Shown: positions 1-12,535 of the stretch, one piece after another
Layout of the letters: the number at the start of each line of letters is the position of its first letter
How positions within the stretch are numbered: position 1 is the first letter of the stretch
Origin: Bispira polyomma
Taxonomy: Eukaryota
Direction: 5' to 3'
DNA: 64,000 nucleotides
Assembly: GCA_965649765.1 (NCBI GenBank)
Contig: OZ287756.1
Location: 64,666,001-64,730,000 of the forward strand
Position numbers and translations under genes: made by a program
Notes under the pieces: model-generated
What the model was told of the DNA's origin: nothing
The model's database searches: none
The model's input: the letters and a program-made list of their open reading frames with translations, nothing else

Positions 1-1275
1 AGAAGCATCTTAAAGTATTTTTGACAGTATATATAAATTGCATGCATGTACATTACAAAACTGATATTCTCTATACTTATTCATTTGTGCAACAGTGCTA
101 AAACCCCTCAATTTATTTGTCCTGTCCACTAGAATAGCCACTGAGGGGGAAATAATTTGTCCCACAACTGGGACAGATTCAAAATTTGCCTGCGTTGTAT
201 TTTGTATTTTTCCTTTCCTACAGTTTCTTGTCATATAATTTGTACTTATATTAGGAGGAGGGATGCGTTTAAACCCAATTACTGTTACTTTTTATTAACA
301 CTTTACAATTCCACTGTGGTTCATAAACCCCTGTTTTGGCTCGTTTTTATGACTTTGGTGTATTTGTTTTAAAAGCTCCCCCCCATTGGGATTTCAGTCT
401 ATTTTATTTATAGTGTGTGTAGGATTCTTGGGGATCATAGTATTAGTGCAGCTCTATTAGCTGAATTTCCTTTGTATGTAACAATATACACGTGAGCAAG
501 GCTAGAGCCACTCTTTTCATGTTGAAAACTACCACCAGATAAAGTTGCAGTAAAATAAGAAAAGATCACCTGTAGGTGGAATATATGTTGGAAACTATTT
601 TATAGATATAATGCTAGCCACACATTGTTAAAGGTTATTGACATGCAATGCATTAAAATTATCAAGCCATTAGTTTAAAAATACTTTATATTTGTTTTGT
701 CATATACAAAGCAAAGGCCTTGCTATGGTTTGGTTCTCTTTTATACAATATTGTATTTATAGTGATATTGATAAAATTATAGATCATTATTAATTAATAT
801 ATGTAATGCCATTCTTGTTGGAAAGCAAAGAAACAATTACCAACAAGGTATGCTTTATGTGTGAAAGTTGACAACAATCTTCACTAACTTTCTTGTTGAC
901 CTCTATCAATGAACCAATACAATATTAAATTGTTAAAAGCTACATTAAACTAAAAATGAATCTGGAGTAATTTATACATCCCTACCATTTCATGGCTGCA
1001 TACAGGCAGAATATGACCAAATTAACTTGTGTGTATAACATTTACATCATTTTAATATTTGACAAAAGTAAAATGACTAATATAAGATACTGGGAAACGT
1101 TTGGTAAAACTACAACCTGGTAAACAGTCCTTTGTGTTTGAGACATTTTCTTAGATTAAAAATAATTAAAGGGAGTTCAATTTGATAATGTGTTGTGATT
1201 TAAAGACCACATTCCTCCCAGGGGCTGCGGTGGCCTAGTGGTTAGCAAGTATTGCACTTCACAATCACTGGTCTC

Positions 1276-2037
1276 TGTTACGGTCACGGGAGCATGCGCG
1301 GTAGCAATTACCGGTTGCTTTGAGGTTGTAACAGGAAAAGACAAAAAGTTTCACTTAACAAATTTATTTAACAATTAAAATAACAATTACAGAATTACAG
1401 TCAACCGAGATACTCTTAATGGTTCATACAATAATACAATAATGAAACCAATCTGATCTGACCACAGTCCTGTCCACATAAATAACAATTAAACAAGTTT
1501 GTCCACTGTATCCAGCAATCTGTCTTGAAATCCGCTCGGTGTCCACACAATGCCTGTATCCTGTTATCCGTTCAGTGTCCACAAACACAAAATATATATA
1601 TCCAGAGTGTCTGCACAACTAAGCTATCCAGTCCAGGATGCAAACAATATCCAATATGCAGTAAATCCAATCTCTGGTAGATCCATAACTTTTATCTAGT
1701 TCACTCCAATGAGTTCACCACAAAAACATATATAGTAATCAGTTTATATCCACAGGAAAAGAAATAAAATGTTTCACAGTATAGCAGTTCATATAGCACA
1801 CCAACTCAATAAACTCTGGCCTGTGGCCAGGCTGTCAACCCTTATATAAACAACTGCTAGAGAAGGCTCTAGAATATGTAAGCAAATGCTAGAACATTCC
1901 AGAGATGAGATATACATATGAACACAACTTTAATAACAACAGAAACAAATAGAACTGGCTTAGGGGTTTCCCCAAATCTATAAAAAGATCACTCTAGCAG
2001 AGTGCTTTAACATACCACAATGTCCTTATATGTAACA
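1276..2037 (-). repeat. 3' LTR (762 bp)
   Basis: tgttac...tgtaaca termini; near-identical to 5891-6670 (roughly 15-20 substitutions and a few small indels by eye). Confidence 0.95.
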
Positions 2038-2050
2038 CCTCCCCCCTTAA
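2038..2050 (-). promoter_or_regulatory. Polypurine tract
   Basis: cctccccccttaa abutting the 3' LTR (purine-rich on the minus strand). Confidence 0.85.
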
Positions 2051-2235
2051 AGAAAAATTTTGGAAGCCAAGGGGTTATAAAATTTCATACTACACAAAAC
2101 ATAAGTGAATATACAGTGTACATTTGTAATAACAATCTGTGGTACATTGTATTTTAAGTTACACAAGTAATATCCATAAGTAAATATCTAAGTTTTACAA
2201 GTTTACTTTTCAGTTGTTAACACACAAAATGACCT

Positions 2236-2889
2236 TTAACTACAACTTCTGGATAGAGCATCAGCACAAATGTTATCCTTCCCTTTAACATGCTCTATTT
2301 GTAAACTGTATTCTTGCAAAACCAAACTCCAATTCAATAAACTTCTGTTTTTGTTTTTCATTTTGTGCAAGAATACTAAAGGGTTGTGATCTGTGTACAC
2401 AATAGTTGGTTTTGATGATGAAGAGATATATAAATCAAAGTGTTTAATGGCTAAACATTCCTGTTCTATTGTAGAGTTTACACGATACGGGTGCTGTTTG
2501 ACCGGAATGGCATTGCCAACAACAACATCATGCATGAGTACATTGGATCTGTTAGGGGCATCAGGAAATACTGACTTATACTTCAAGAGTAACTCACTAA
2601 GTGGGATCCTCTTATCTGGAGGTACATAATTCAGTTTGGTTTCCAAATCAGCAAGAATCTCTGAATTACTCAACCTGATTTTACATTTAACTTCAACATC
2701 AGGATTGTCATCCCATGGTTCAAGCTCCTGATTGTTGTCATTTACTACATTACAGTCAGTAGCCATGACAGGCTTGGTCACACCCCATTCAAAGTATGGT
2801 TTTACCATATTTACATGACACAGTTGGGTTGACTTCCTTCTGTCTGGGGTTTCAATGACATAATCCAAATCACCTACTCTCTTTAACAC
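2236..2889 (-). pseudogene. pol remnant: integrase C-terminus, RT leader and RNase H C-terminus fused in frame
   Basis: YVIETPDRRK..CHVNMVKPY (IN C-term), KQHPYRVN (pre-RT), then directly STIEQECLA..YTDHNPL..WSLVLQEY..GKDNICADALSR (RNase H). No YxDD region. Confidence 0.88.
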
Positions 2890-3883
2890 TTTGTATGGAC
2901 TGAGATTGTTCCAAATATTGTTGCGCTAGCTTACAAGGGACTAAAGCCTAAAGACTCTTGCACTGATTCCCTAACTGCAAACAATAATAAGTTGATGCCT
3001 TCATCCCAGTCTTTCTCATTATCTAAGCAATATGCCTTAATCATATTTTTAAAGTGGAATGGAACCTTTCAAGTGCACCTTGTGATTCTGGGTGATAAGC
3101 ACTAGATTTGATCTGTTTGGCACCTAACTGAAACACAACTTACTGAAATAATCCTGACATGAAATTTGACCCTTGATCTGACTGGATCTCCTTCGGTACG
3201 CCAACTAAAGTAAAGAAATTGACTAAAGCTTTTGAAATTTTCGGGGTTGTTATGTTGGTCAAAGGTATGGCTTCAGGGAATCTGGTTGAGGCACACATAA
3301 TGGGTAAGAGATATTGGTTTCTGGATTTAGTCTTTGGTAAGGGGCCTACACAATCAATTATCACCTTGCTGAATGGTTCCTCAAATGCTGGAATGGGTTT
3401 TAGAGGAGCTACAGCAATCTTTTGGTTTGGTTTCCCTACAACTTGACAAATGTGACAAGTTTTACAAAATTCTGCCACACAGCGCCGGATTTGAGGCCAG
3501 TAGAAATGCTTAGTTATTTTGCCACAGGTTTTATTGATACCTAAATGGCCACCCATTGGAGACTCATGAGCTAACCTCAATACATCATTTTGGTACATTT
3601 TTGGTAATACAGTCTGATGAAGTATTGACCAGTTCTCAGAGGTAGGGACACTTGGTGGCCTCCACTTTCGCATAAGCACACCATTTCTGATATAATAGCC
3701 TACTGGGACCTTATCTAGCTCTACTGGTGGTAACACCAATCTGAATAGAGGGGCTAATTCAGGGTCATTTTCCTGCTCTACAATCAATTTTGATTTTGAG
3801 AGTGATACATCTGGATCATCAATTGGGTCTTGTTTCTCAGAATCTTCCCTATCTTTAGGGTCAATATCACTATGATTTTGCAC
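2890..3883 (-). pseudogene. Retroelement integrase (HHCC + DDE), disrupted
   Basis: AHESPMGGHLG..CHIC zinc finger; IDCVGPLP; QSDQGSNF; continues past a stop as SSAYHPESQGALE. Confidence 0.92.
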
Positions 3884-3900
3884 ATCATGGTCACAGTTGT

Positions 3901-5777
3901 TTAAGAATGTATCTGATAATCAACTAAGACATCAGTAGATTTTTTACAATCTTTTGGTTCTTCTTGGGCTTTTTTAGCCATAGCTCGAGTCACAGCACAG
4001 GAGGGAAAAATACCAGGAATAACCTCTTCTAATTTCTCAGTGCTAACCAAAGTGATCGGTTTAGAAGTAACCTTAGGATCATCAACCACCTTGCCACCTG
4101 CCAAATCATTTCCCAACAGCAAAGACACCCCTTTAATGGGTAAAGTGGGCCTGGTACCCACCACAACAGAACCAGTAACTAAGTCTGATACTAATTTGAC
4201 CTTATGTAAGGGAATGTTTACACAACCTCCTTCAATGCCTTGAGCAATAATACTCTCACCAGTAGACGTGCTTACACTCAATGGCAATACACCTTCTAAA
4301 AGTATTGACTGAGTAGCCCCATAGTCTCTTAATATCTTGATGGGAACTTGACTGGAACTACTTTCTAAGGATACAAAACCCTCAGACACAAAAGGTTTGA
4401 ACTCTTCCCTAATCTCAGACTTGACTAAACCAATACTAGAATCTGCTTTATTGGGATTTGAACGCCAATTAGATTTGCTAGAAATAAAGACATTAGGTGT
4501 TGCCTCCTTTTCTCTCCATTTCTTTAAGAGCCAACAGTCAGACATAACATGCCCAGGTTTTTTACAGTAATGGCACACAGGAGCAAAGAACCTAGGTTTC
4601 CTATCCTTACTCATTGTCTGATTTATTGTTTGAAACTTATCTGAACTCTTTTCTGGAGCTACATTTTCTAATTTCTTTCCTACTTCAGGATAAAACTTCT
4701 TTGTGGGACCAGAGGATTTACTCTTGTTAAAAGTGGACTTGTGAGTCAGCGCATAATCATCAGCATAAGCTGTTGCTTTTTGCAAATTTTCTACTTTCTG
4801 TTCATCCAGATAGGTTTTAATGTCATCACGAACACCCCTTTTGAACTTCTCAATTAAAATGACTTGCCTAAGCTTTTCAAAATCTGTACCAACCTCTCTA
4901 GAATTACACCATCTGTCAAAGTACACTTTAACATAAGTTTGATTTTCTTGGTTACGGTAATTTCTGAATTTTTGACGATATGCTTCTGGTACCAACTCAT
5001 ATGCTTTCAAGATAGCATTTTTCACACAGTCATAATCTCTACATTCAGAAATTGGCAAAGCTGTATATGCCTCTTGGGTTTTGCCTTTGAAAACACTTTG
5101 CAGCAATAAAGGCCACTGGTTTGTGAGCCATTTCAAATTTTGAGCACTCGTTCAAAGTGTTGAAAATATTTATCAACTTCCGACTCATTGAACGGTGGTA
5201 CCAGTCGCATATTTTTACCCAAATCAAATTTGGTTGCCATGGACTCTTCATGGGCAATTCGGTGAGCATTGAGTTCCAAAGCCTTCATTTCCCTTTCATG
5301 CTTAAGCTCAAGTTCTTTTTCAAATTTTTGACCTTCGAGCCGTTCTTTTCGTCTTTGAGCCTCAAGCTCTTCTTTACGCTGTTGAGCTTCAAGCTCTTCT
5401 TTTCGTTGTTGAGCTTCAAGCTCTTCTTTACGCTGTTGAGCTTCAAGCTCTTCTTTATGCTGTTGAGCTTCAAGCTCTTCTTTACGCTGTTGAGCTTCAA
5501 GTTCTTTAAGTTTTAGATCTCTTTCAATTTCTAATCGCCTGATCTCAAATTGCCCAGAAGGTTCCATGGGCAGTGGTTTATACACTTCTAAACAACTATC
5601 ATGCAAAAGGTCTTCATAAACTAACTGTTCAACAATAAGCCTTTTAAGTTCATGTTTACGTGTTGACCTTTTCACCTCTAGCTGTAATTCTTGTGTTATC
5701 TGCATTAACATATTTTTTTAAAAAGTTTCCAAAACCTCAATAGATGGTGACTGTACAAACTCTTTAGCACTAGCCAT
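3901..5777 (-). pseudogene. gag (SCAN-like capsid, CCHC knuckle) and aspartic protease, frameshifted
   Basis: Probable ATG at 5777; VPPFNESEVDKYF; ELVPEAYRQKFR; CHYCKKPGHVMSDC; ILRDYGATQSIL and LLLGNDL protease motifs; frameshifts near 5135 and 5715. Confidence 0.9.
5350..5500 (-). repeat. 27-bp coding tandem repeat in gag (KEELEAQQR, about 5 copies)
   Basis: Repeated ttgagcttcaagctcttctttacgctg units. Confidence 0.92.
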
Positions 5778-5863
5778 TTTAAGCACTGCTGACTGTAATA
5801 TATTTTCTAACAAAATAAATGATTTTTTAAAAAGCTAATTAAATAGTTAGATCAAATGGTTGG

Positions 5864-5883
5864 ATCCCGGCGATGAGCCCCCA
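5864..5883 (-). promoter_or_regulatory. Primer-binding site, tRNA-Pro type
   Basis: Minus strand TGGGGGCTCATCGCCGGGAT versus canonical tRNA-Pro PBS TGGGGGCTCGTCCGGGAT, 7 nt inside the 5' LTR end. Confidence 0.75.
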
Positions 5884-5890
5884 ATTTTTC

Positions 5891-6670
5891 TGTTACAGTC
5901 ACGGGAGCAAGAGCGGTAGCAATTACCGGTTGCTTTGAGGTTGTAACAGGAAAAGACAAAAAGTTTCACTTAACAAATTTATTTAACAAATAAAATAACA
6001 ATTACAGAATTACAGAATTACAGTCAACCGAGATACTCTTAATGGTTCATACAATAATACAATAATGAACCCAATCTGACCTGACCACAGTCCTGTCCAC
6101 ATAAATAACAATTAAACAAGTTTGTCCACTGTATCCAGCAATCTGTCTTGAAATCCGCTCGGTGTCCACACAATGCCTGTTTCCTGTTATCCGTTCGGTG
6201 TCCACAAACACAAAATGTATATATCCAGAGAGTCTGCACAACTAAGCTATCCAGTCCAGGATGCAAACAATATCCAATATGCAGTAAATCCAATCTCTGG
6301 TAGATCCACAACTTTTATCCAGTTCATTCCAATGAGTTCACCACAAAAACATATATAGTAATCAGTTTATATCCACAGGAAAAGAAATAAAATGTTTCAC
6401 AGTATAGCAGTTCATATAGCACACCAACTCAATAAACTCTGGCCTGTGGCCAGGCTGTCAACTCTTATATAAACAACTGCTAGAGAAGGCTCTAGAATAT
6501 GTAAGCAATTGCTAGAACAATCCAGAGATGAGATATACATATGAACACAACTTTAATAACAACAGAAACAAATAGAACCGGCTTCTAGAAGCTTAGGGGT
6601 TTCCCCAAATCTATAAATAGATCACTCTAGCAGAGTGCTTTAACATACCACAATGTCCTTATATGTAACA
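5891..6670 (-). repeat. 5' LTR (780 bp)
   Basis: tgttac...tgtaaca; direct repeat of 1276-2037; adjacent to the PBS. Confidence 0.95.
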
Positions 6671-6945
6671 GTCTCTCACCTCTGGGCGGCGTGAGTTCAA
6701 ATCCCGTCGATACCTATGTGGGAAAGGTGGTAGTTCCTTACTGTGGGCTGCTGGTTTCAGTGCAGAACCTTGATCGACTGTATGCAGTGTTTCCTCCAAC
6801 GTTTCCAACTACCCGTCCCAATATAACCTAAACAGGTACTAGAGTGGATGTTAAATATCCAAATTAAAAAAAAAACACAAAAAAACACATTCCTCCCATA
6901 CACAAACACCAAAATGATGTTTTATCACAGTCTCTGCACCCCTAA

Positions 6946-7725
6946 AGCTTTAGTAACATAAACATACAAATGCGCGGCTATAAATTATACTACATTTACA
7001 AAAATATTTTAACCATAACTACTTACTATGGCACCCTTAAAATATGTTTTTAGTGACCGTTTTAACCATTTTAACCTTGATTAAAACAGCCATATAATGA
7101 TCCTTGTATTGTGAGGTCACATAATTTGACATCTATGGTGTAACGTCATATTTTATCAACAATTCTGCAGAGAGCTCTTTCTGTTTTGAAATAATACGAG
7201 TTTTGATCTACGATATATGACGATATTGTATAACTTTTCTACTTTAGAAAACGTGTGTGTTGTTTTCAGTGATTTATTTTTTTTAAATATGTTTTCATAC
7301 TTTATAGAAAACATAAATATAACTCAATCTTATATTTGTAAAATATTAACTTTGTGTATTTCGGAAAATTAAGAAGGTTTTTTGAATTGTATTAAAAAAG
7401 TGATTCATTCAAAACAATGCTGAAGTTTTTGTTTATCTTGTGGTATGCAATATTGTTGTATTGATTTATTCTTTATGTGTACATTGTGATACATTGTACA
7501 CCTCCTTATATGTAAATTGTTAGAATGGATATTAAAATTAAAAAAAAATGAAGTTTTTTTGTTATTTAATCCCTTCTTTATCATTTTCAATCTGCATAAT
7601 GTAAAAATTGTGTTTGAAAATTTACTTTGAGGCCATCATAATCAAGTAGTGTATGTTTCTAGACAGATTTTTATTTTTAATGATGTTTAGCGACGATCAT
7701 TTTGCATGTTTACATTACTAAAGGC
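6946..7725. mobile_element. Non-autonomous TIR transposon at a TTAA site (piggyBac/Kolobok-type MITE)
   Basis: Left TIR agctttagtaacataaacatacaaatg; right TIR reverse complement gcctttagtaatgtaaacatgcaaaatg; flanks ctaa/ttaa; empty site accc-ttaa-taggg in the paralog at ~19632. Confidence 0.75.
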
Positions 7726-7764
7726 TTAATAGGGTTGTTTAGGTTCACATTTTAGGTAGTTTTT

Positions 7765-7950
7765 ATGCTTGTAATAAGGTCAGCAATTTGCTTAATCCTT
7801 CATGCTTGTGTTATAGTCAGCAATTTGCTTAATCCTTCATGTTTGTGTTATAGTCAGCAATTTGCTTAATCCTTTGTGCTTATGTTATAGTCAGCAATTT
7901 GCTTAATCCTTTATGCTTGTGTTATAGTCAGCAATTTGCTTAATCCTTTT
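7765..7950. repeat. 37-bp minisatellite, about 5 copies
   Basis: cagcaatttgcttaatcctt recurs at 7781, 7818, 7855, 7892 and 7929. Confidence 0.92.
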
Positions 7951-9893
7951 ATACATCTGACAATTCGTCATTAACACAAACAGAAAGTGATATCAGGGCA
8001 TTCAACTCTGCTGTGTTTATTACTGTTTTGTTTGTACAATAGCATAATGTTTATGGATATGTACTTAACAACACACAGAACTGTTATTTATTTGTGATAA
8101 TATTACTTTAATAATTTTCTTAATTCTTAACCATTATTTTGGCTATGTGATTAAATCAAATCTTTAAATTACGGGGACAGAATAATCACGAAAATGACAG
8201 TCTTTTTTTTAATAGAAAATATTGAATTAAAATATTAAAACCCCACTATTTTATTTCTAAAAAGAAGAATTTAATGACATTGAATAAAGAAAAAAACTAA
8301 ATAACAAATGATAAACAAGAAAACTAGAATTTTTGGAGGTGGTGTTTAATGAAATGTGTTGTGATTTCATTTATATAATTATTACAAGCAAGGGAAAGAT
8401 GATACTATACTCATACAAAACAAAGGAAATAGAAAAACCCCTCCTATAGAATATATTGAAGTTAACCTTTCAAATTTACCTGACAATTAATCAAACTTTC
8501 TGCTCAAGTAACAAGCTGAAACATGTTATTGATCAAATTGATTGATACTATTATGTCACCAAAATTGTCGTTAGAAATGTGCAGATTAATAAAAAATTGC
8601 ATGAGTAATACAAATAAAACAAATTTTACCAGAAGTTTGACATACAGATGACCTTAATAGTTTACTATGGAGTTCTTAACTCCCCTTTTTCTTCTCTGGT
8701 GAAGTCTCAGGTAAAAAGTGCAGTAGTTGTCATAGCCGCTTCCATATATATGTATAAGATGGGATTTAGTGAACCCAATCAGATAAACTGTACAGTCAAT
8801 ACATATTTAAGTTCCAGTTTTAAAATAACAAATTATGCAATGAAAAATGCAATAAATGCCATACTCATACTGAATTAGTATCTCTGTCTTAGTTGATTTA
8901 AAACAAAACAAATAACTGAGGATACCACTCCACAATAGTAAAAATGCTATAAGTGATAATTTTACAATTTACAAAACCGTTTTAAAATTGCATATACATG
9001 AAATTCTACATATCAACTCATTTTTAGTTTAGGTGACCTTACCTTGAGTGATTCCTAGCAAACATCACATCATCACAGCAGATTTGGAAAAATGTTTGAC
9101 AATTTTTGTTCTCCCAGACCTGTTTGCTGAATTTAATCAGACCAGATTTAAAAGCAGACTTCTGTCAAAATTGTTAGCAGAATATTTTAGCCATTTTTCT
9201 TGAACGGACAAGAAAATGAAGAGTAAGGAAATAAATGTAACAAGCAGAATAGTAAATAATTACTGCATTGCTCACTGCTTTGATTTAACCCTATTGGTAT
9301 TTTGAAAAGTTGTTTCATATGCTCTCGTATTCCTATGATTTCATAAATAATATTGTAATCTTGTTTAACTTACAGATAGTGTTATCATTTAAGTATTTGC
9401 TTATATTGTTGAAACATAACAAACCCGGAGGTTTATCAGGACAAAAAAGTACAAAAACAAAACATCAAACTTAATAGGTGCACATCAATGAACAAATAAC
9501 TTACATATAACAAACATTTCAATTTTGTTGTTAAACATATAACTTTGGAACTGAAAATAAATTAAAATGTATAATAGTGACTTTGTCAACCAATCTACAA
9601 ATTTACTATCTCTTTATACAGATATTAGTACTTTTTACTAAATATGGAACAGTAGAAAAGGGACAAATCAGATGTTAGAAGAATGCATTGTCATCAATAA
9701 CTGACCTTATGAAATTGATTTTGTTGTCCCTCATATCACGTCATTACATAAAGATGTGCTAAAAACTATCACCCTGTGTCAAGAATTACTTTCATATCAA
9801 AAGTCATTGATCAAGTTTATCATTACAAGTCAAGGCTCACACGCAGAATAAACAGTTTGTAATATTACTATAGTCAATGTATGTGTCACAGTG

Positions 9894-10215
9894 CTACTAA
9901 ACTCTCCGTCAGCAGCCTCTAATAAATCACCAAGAGGGTTGGATCTAGAGCCTTCTCGGTTGCTTCCCGAATGTCATGGAACAGCCTTGTTGAACTTAGA
10001 CTGCTTGAAACACTTTCTGGTTTTAGGAGAAACCTTAAAACCTATCTCTTTAGGCTAGCCTATCCATCGTAGTCCTCTCCCTTGACGCATCCATCCTTAT
10101 GACCTGGCTTTGTTTTTAGATTTTTCTATTGGCTGATTGATTCTGATGTTGAACCTTAGGTGATGCCTAGCATCAATAAGGCGTGTAAAAAATTTACAAT
10201 ACAATACAATAGTGA
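9894..10215 (+). mobile_element. L2/CR1-clade LINE 3' fragment inside the left TIR of the Ginger2-like element
   Basis: GSRAFSVASRMSWNSL..LSGFRRNLKTYLF ORF2 C-terminus; tail gatgcctagcatcaataa..(caata)n shared with 24325 and 41365. Confidence 0.8.
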
Positions 10216-10439
10216 AGATTCTTATTCATTATTAAAGGGCTGCAATTGCAGTCTCCACTAGGGAAAACTCTTATCAGGATCTCCACTGGTGGAACCGCTG
10301 ATTCCCCTGGCCCTAGGCTTTGTAATGTCAATACAATATGTGGTAATGAAATTTTGTACAACAAAATATAAAATGCTAATTCTGAAGGTTTGAAGGCTTT
10401 TGCTGATAATGAACTAAAAACCATTAATAACATATGGAC

Positions 10440-11040
10440 ACTATAATATACACAATAGAATATTCTATTTTATCAAATTGTTTTAAATAAATTCACTATT
10501 CTAGAAAACTAGGTTTATACTGGGACAAATTATAAGTTTATGTCATTTGTTGTATTTATAGTTTTTAAAATTTCGACTTAATGATATAAACAATAGAATA
10601 TTCTATATTATTATATTCTTTCAAATAACTGTACTATTCTAGAAAACTAAGCTTATACTGGGATAACTAACTAAGCAATTCACTGTATCAACTTGTAAGT
10701 GTTGTAACATGAGTAACATCTTGTAATATCAATGAAGTATTTCCCTAAATTCTGAATTTGTTTTTATTAATGTGTATGTAAGAGGCAGGGTCAATAAAGT
10801 GTAATAAACTTTTGATCTACTAGGCTTGACTTAAAATGATTGTTCCCCTTGAAGTGGGGATAAAGTGCAATGAGATGAGAGTCAGTGAAATGCAATCAAC
10901 TGTTGATCCACTAGGGTTGACTTAGAAATGACTGTTCCTCTTGAAGTTGGGACTAAGTGAAATGAGATTGAGGGTCAGCAAAATACAATCAACTGATGAT
11001 CTGTTGCTGATTTAAATGACTGTTCGCTTTGAAGTTTTAA
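10440..11040. repeat. Internal tandem repeats of the Ginger2-like element (2 x ~140 bp; ~3 x ~90 bp)
   Basis: caatagaatattctat..ctattctagaaaacta twice; gatc(t/c)actagg.ttgactta..atga(t/c)tgttc recurring about every 90 bp. Confidence 0.75.
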
Positions 11041-11179
11041 CTAGTATTCAAATGAATGCCTGTGTCCTGAGCAGATAACATTTTGTCATTTTTTTTCATT
11101 TACCTTGTACACTTTTATGATTTGCCTGTAGTTTTTTCCTGTACATGTATGAACAACCTGATCAGGTAGTTGCTGAATC

Positions 11180-12535
11180 ATAGCTTGACAAGGGTGTAAA
11201 ATGTCCACGGGGTAACCATTTCAAGTACTGGGTTTCCAAACATTTCAAGCTTCAGCAAATTGAAGGAAGAAATGTATTGTACTGCCAGAAGACATCTAAC
11301 CCAGTAGTCCATAAGGAAGAAGAGTTTGACACAATCAAATGCTGCCATGATAGAGTGGGACATGCTGGTCATAACAAAACATGGTCTGAAGTATGCAACA
11401 CCTACTCCTGGATTCGATGTGACTGCATTCTTATTTTTATCAGCACTAGCTTAGTCTGAGTGGTACGTGCCCCCCTGAAAAAGCCTCCGGCAAGGAAACC
11501 TATCATTTTACTTGGATTCCTAACAAAAGATCAGATGGATCTGATAGACGTGAGTAGTCGCCCTGATGGAGAATTTAGGTGGATTCTTCATATGAGAGAC
11601 CACTATAGCAAGTTCAGCTGGACACATCCACTTACTTCAAAGAGAGCCTCTGAAGTAGCTTCAAAAGTCATATAGCCTTTTTGGTGCTCCCAAAATGCTT
11701 CAATCTGACAATGGAAGAGAATTTGTTGTATCTGTGATTAAAGAATTACCCAACTTATTGCCTGGACTGACCATCATTCAAGGGAGACCACGACACCCTC
11801 AGTCTCAAGGATGTGTAGAGTGGGCTAATGGTGATTTGCAAGTATGATTGGGGAAGTGGAGGGAAGAAAACAAGCAGGATAGATGGGCCTTAGGTTTACA
11901 GCATGTGACATACTACATGAATACATTTTTGAGTGCTACAACTTCCAAAGCACCATACAAAGTTGTGTTTGGACAGGCTTCCCGCACCAGCTGCACAGTT
12001 CTAGAGATGTTATCATAACAGGGGGTTGTGAATGAAGAAAATATTGATGATGGAGTGATAAAGTGTGATGAAGATCAACAGGTTTAAATTAATTGTCAAC
12101 TCTGCGACTTCAGAACCCATACAGGTAGGTACCCATTTATCTGAAGAGTCTGAAACATTGGAGGCAGCAATATTCTCACAAAAAAAACATAATGACAGTC
12201 CATCATCAGAGGAAGTGGATACACCTCACCACAAGATAAGGAAAGTTGCAACTGATAACTACCTGAAAGCTGCAAACAAGCAACAGGTTAACTTTGATGC
12301 AAAGAGGCTGACCAAGGAATACTATGTGGGTGAGAATGCTGATGTTCTAGAAATCAGCCTAATCCAAGCATCAAGAAAAAAAAAACCAACTGGAATACTA
12401 CTGCAGTACCAGGACCAACCCTTTGTTCCTGCAAAGGCAGCTGTACCAGCAACAGATGTAATTGTAAGAAAACAGGCCTGAAGTGCTCAACCAAGTGCCA
12501 TTCTTCAGAAAAGGGAATTTGTCAGAACAAGATAT
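11180..12535 (+). pseudogene. Ginger2/KRBA2-SCAND3-like integrase (transposase), frameshifted
   Basis: CHDRVGHAGHNKT; QMDLID; RDHYSKFSW..PLTSKRASEVA; GAPKMLQSDNGREF; GRPRHPQSQGCVE; C-terminal CSCKGSCTSNRCNCKK..CSTKCH. Confidence 0.88.

Larger units (their letters stand above)
1276..6670 (-). mobile_element. Ty3/gypsy LTR retrotransposon, Gmr1-type domain order (gag-PR-IN-[RT]-RNaseH), defective
   Basis: Two TG...CA LTRs, 5-bp TSD gtctc (1271-1275, 6671-6675), PBS, PPT, and gag/CCHC, protease, integrase and RNase H remnants on the minus strand. Confidence 0.95.
1221..6885 (+). mobile_element. tRNA-derived SINE (V-SINE/RUDI-like), interrupted by an LTR retrotransposon
   Basis: Head ggggctgcggtggcctagtggttagc (A box) at 1221; body resumes at 6671 with B-box-like gagttcaaatccc; A-rich tail; 13-bp TSD cacattcctccca at 1208-1220 and 6886-6898; uninterrupted sibling at 30582. 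Superfamily label is from resemblance only. Confidence 0.9.
1..8140 (-). pseudogene. Paralog P1: upstream (N-terminal) part of a putative LRR-GPCR pseudogene, split by SINE/LTR and MITE insertions; continues off the left edge
   Basis: 1-1220 aligns by eye with ~14500-15790; 1063-1220 + 6899-6945 + 7726-8140 align with 19417-19890. Identity is inferred only from colinearity with paralog P2; no diagnostic motif in this part. Confidence 0.45.

Noticed and set aside
1424-6358. Short ORFs inside the LTRs and antisense to gag/pol
   Set aside because: By-products of LTR duplication, the 27-bp repeat and the antisense of real frames.
7765-7950. 37-bp repeats (and the 41-bp repeats at 49535) as CRISPR arrays
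   Set aside because: Head-to-tail units with no unique spacers, no cas genes, eukaryotic context.
11180-12535. Domesticated host gene (KRBA2/SCAND3-like)
   Set aside because: Multiple stops and frameshifts, and enclosed by TIRs; a dead transposon.
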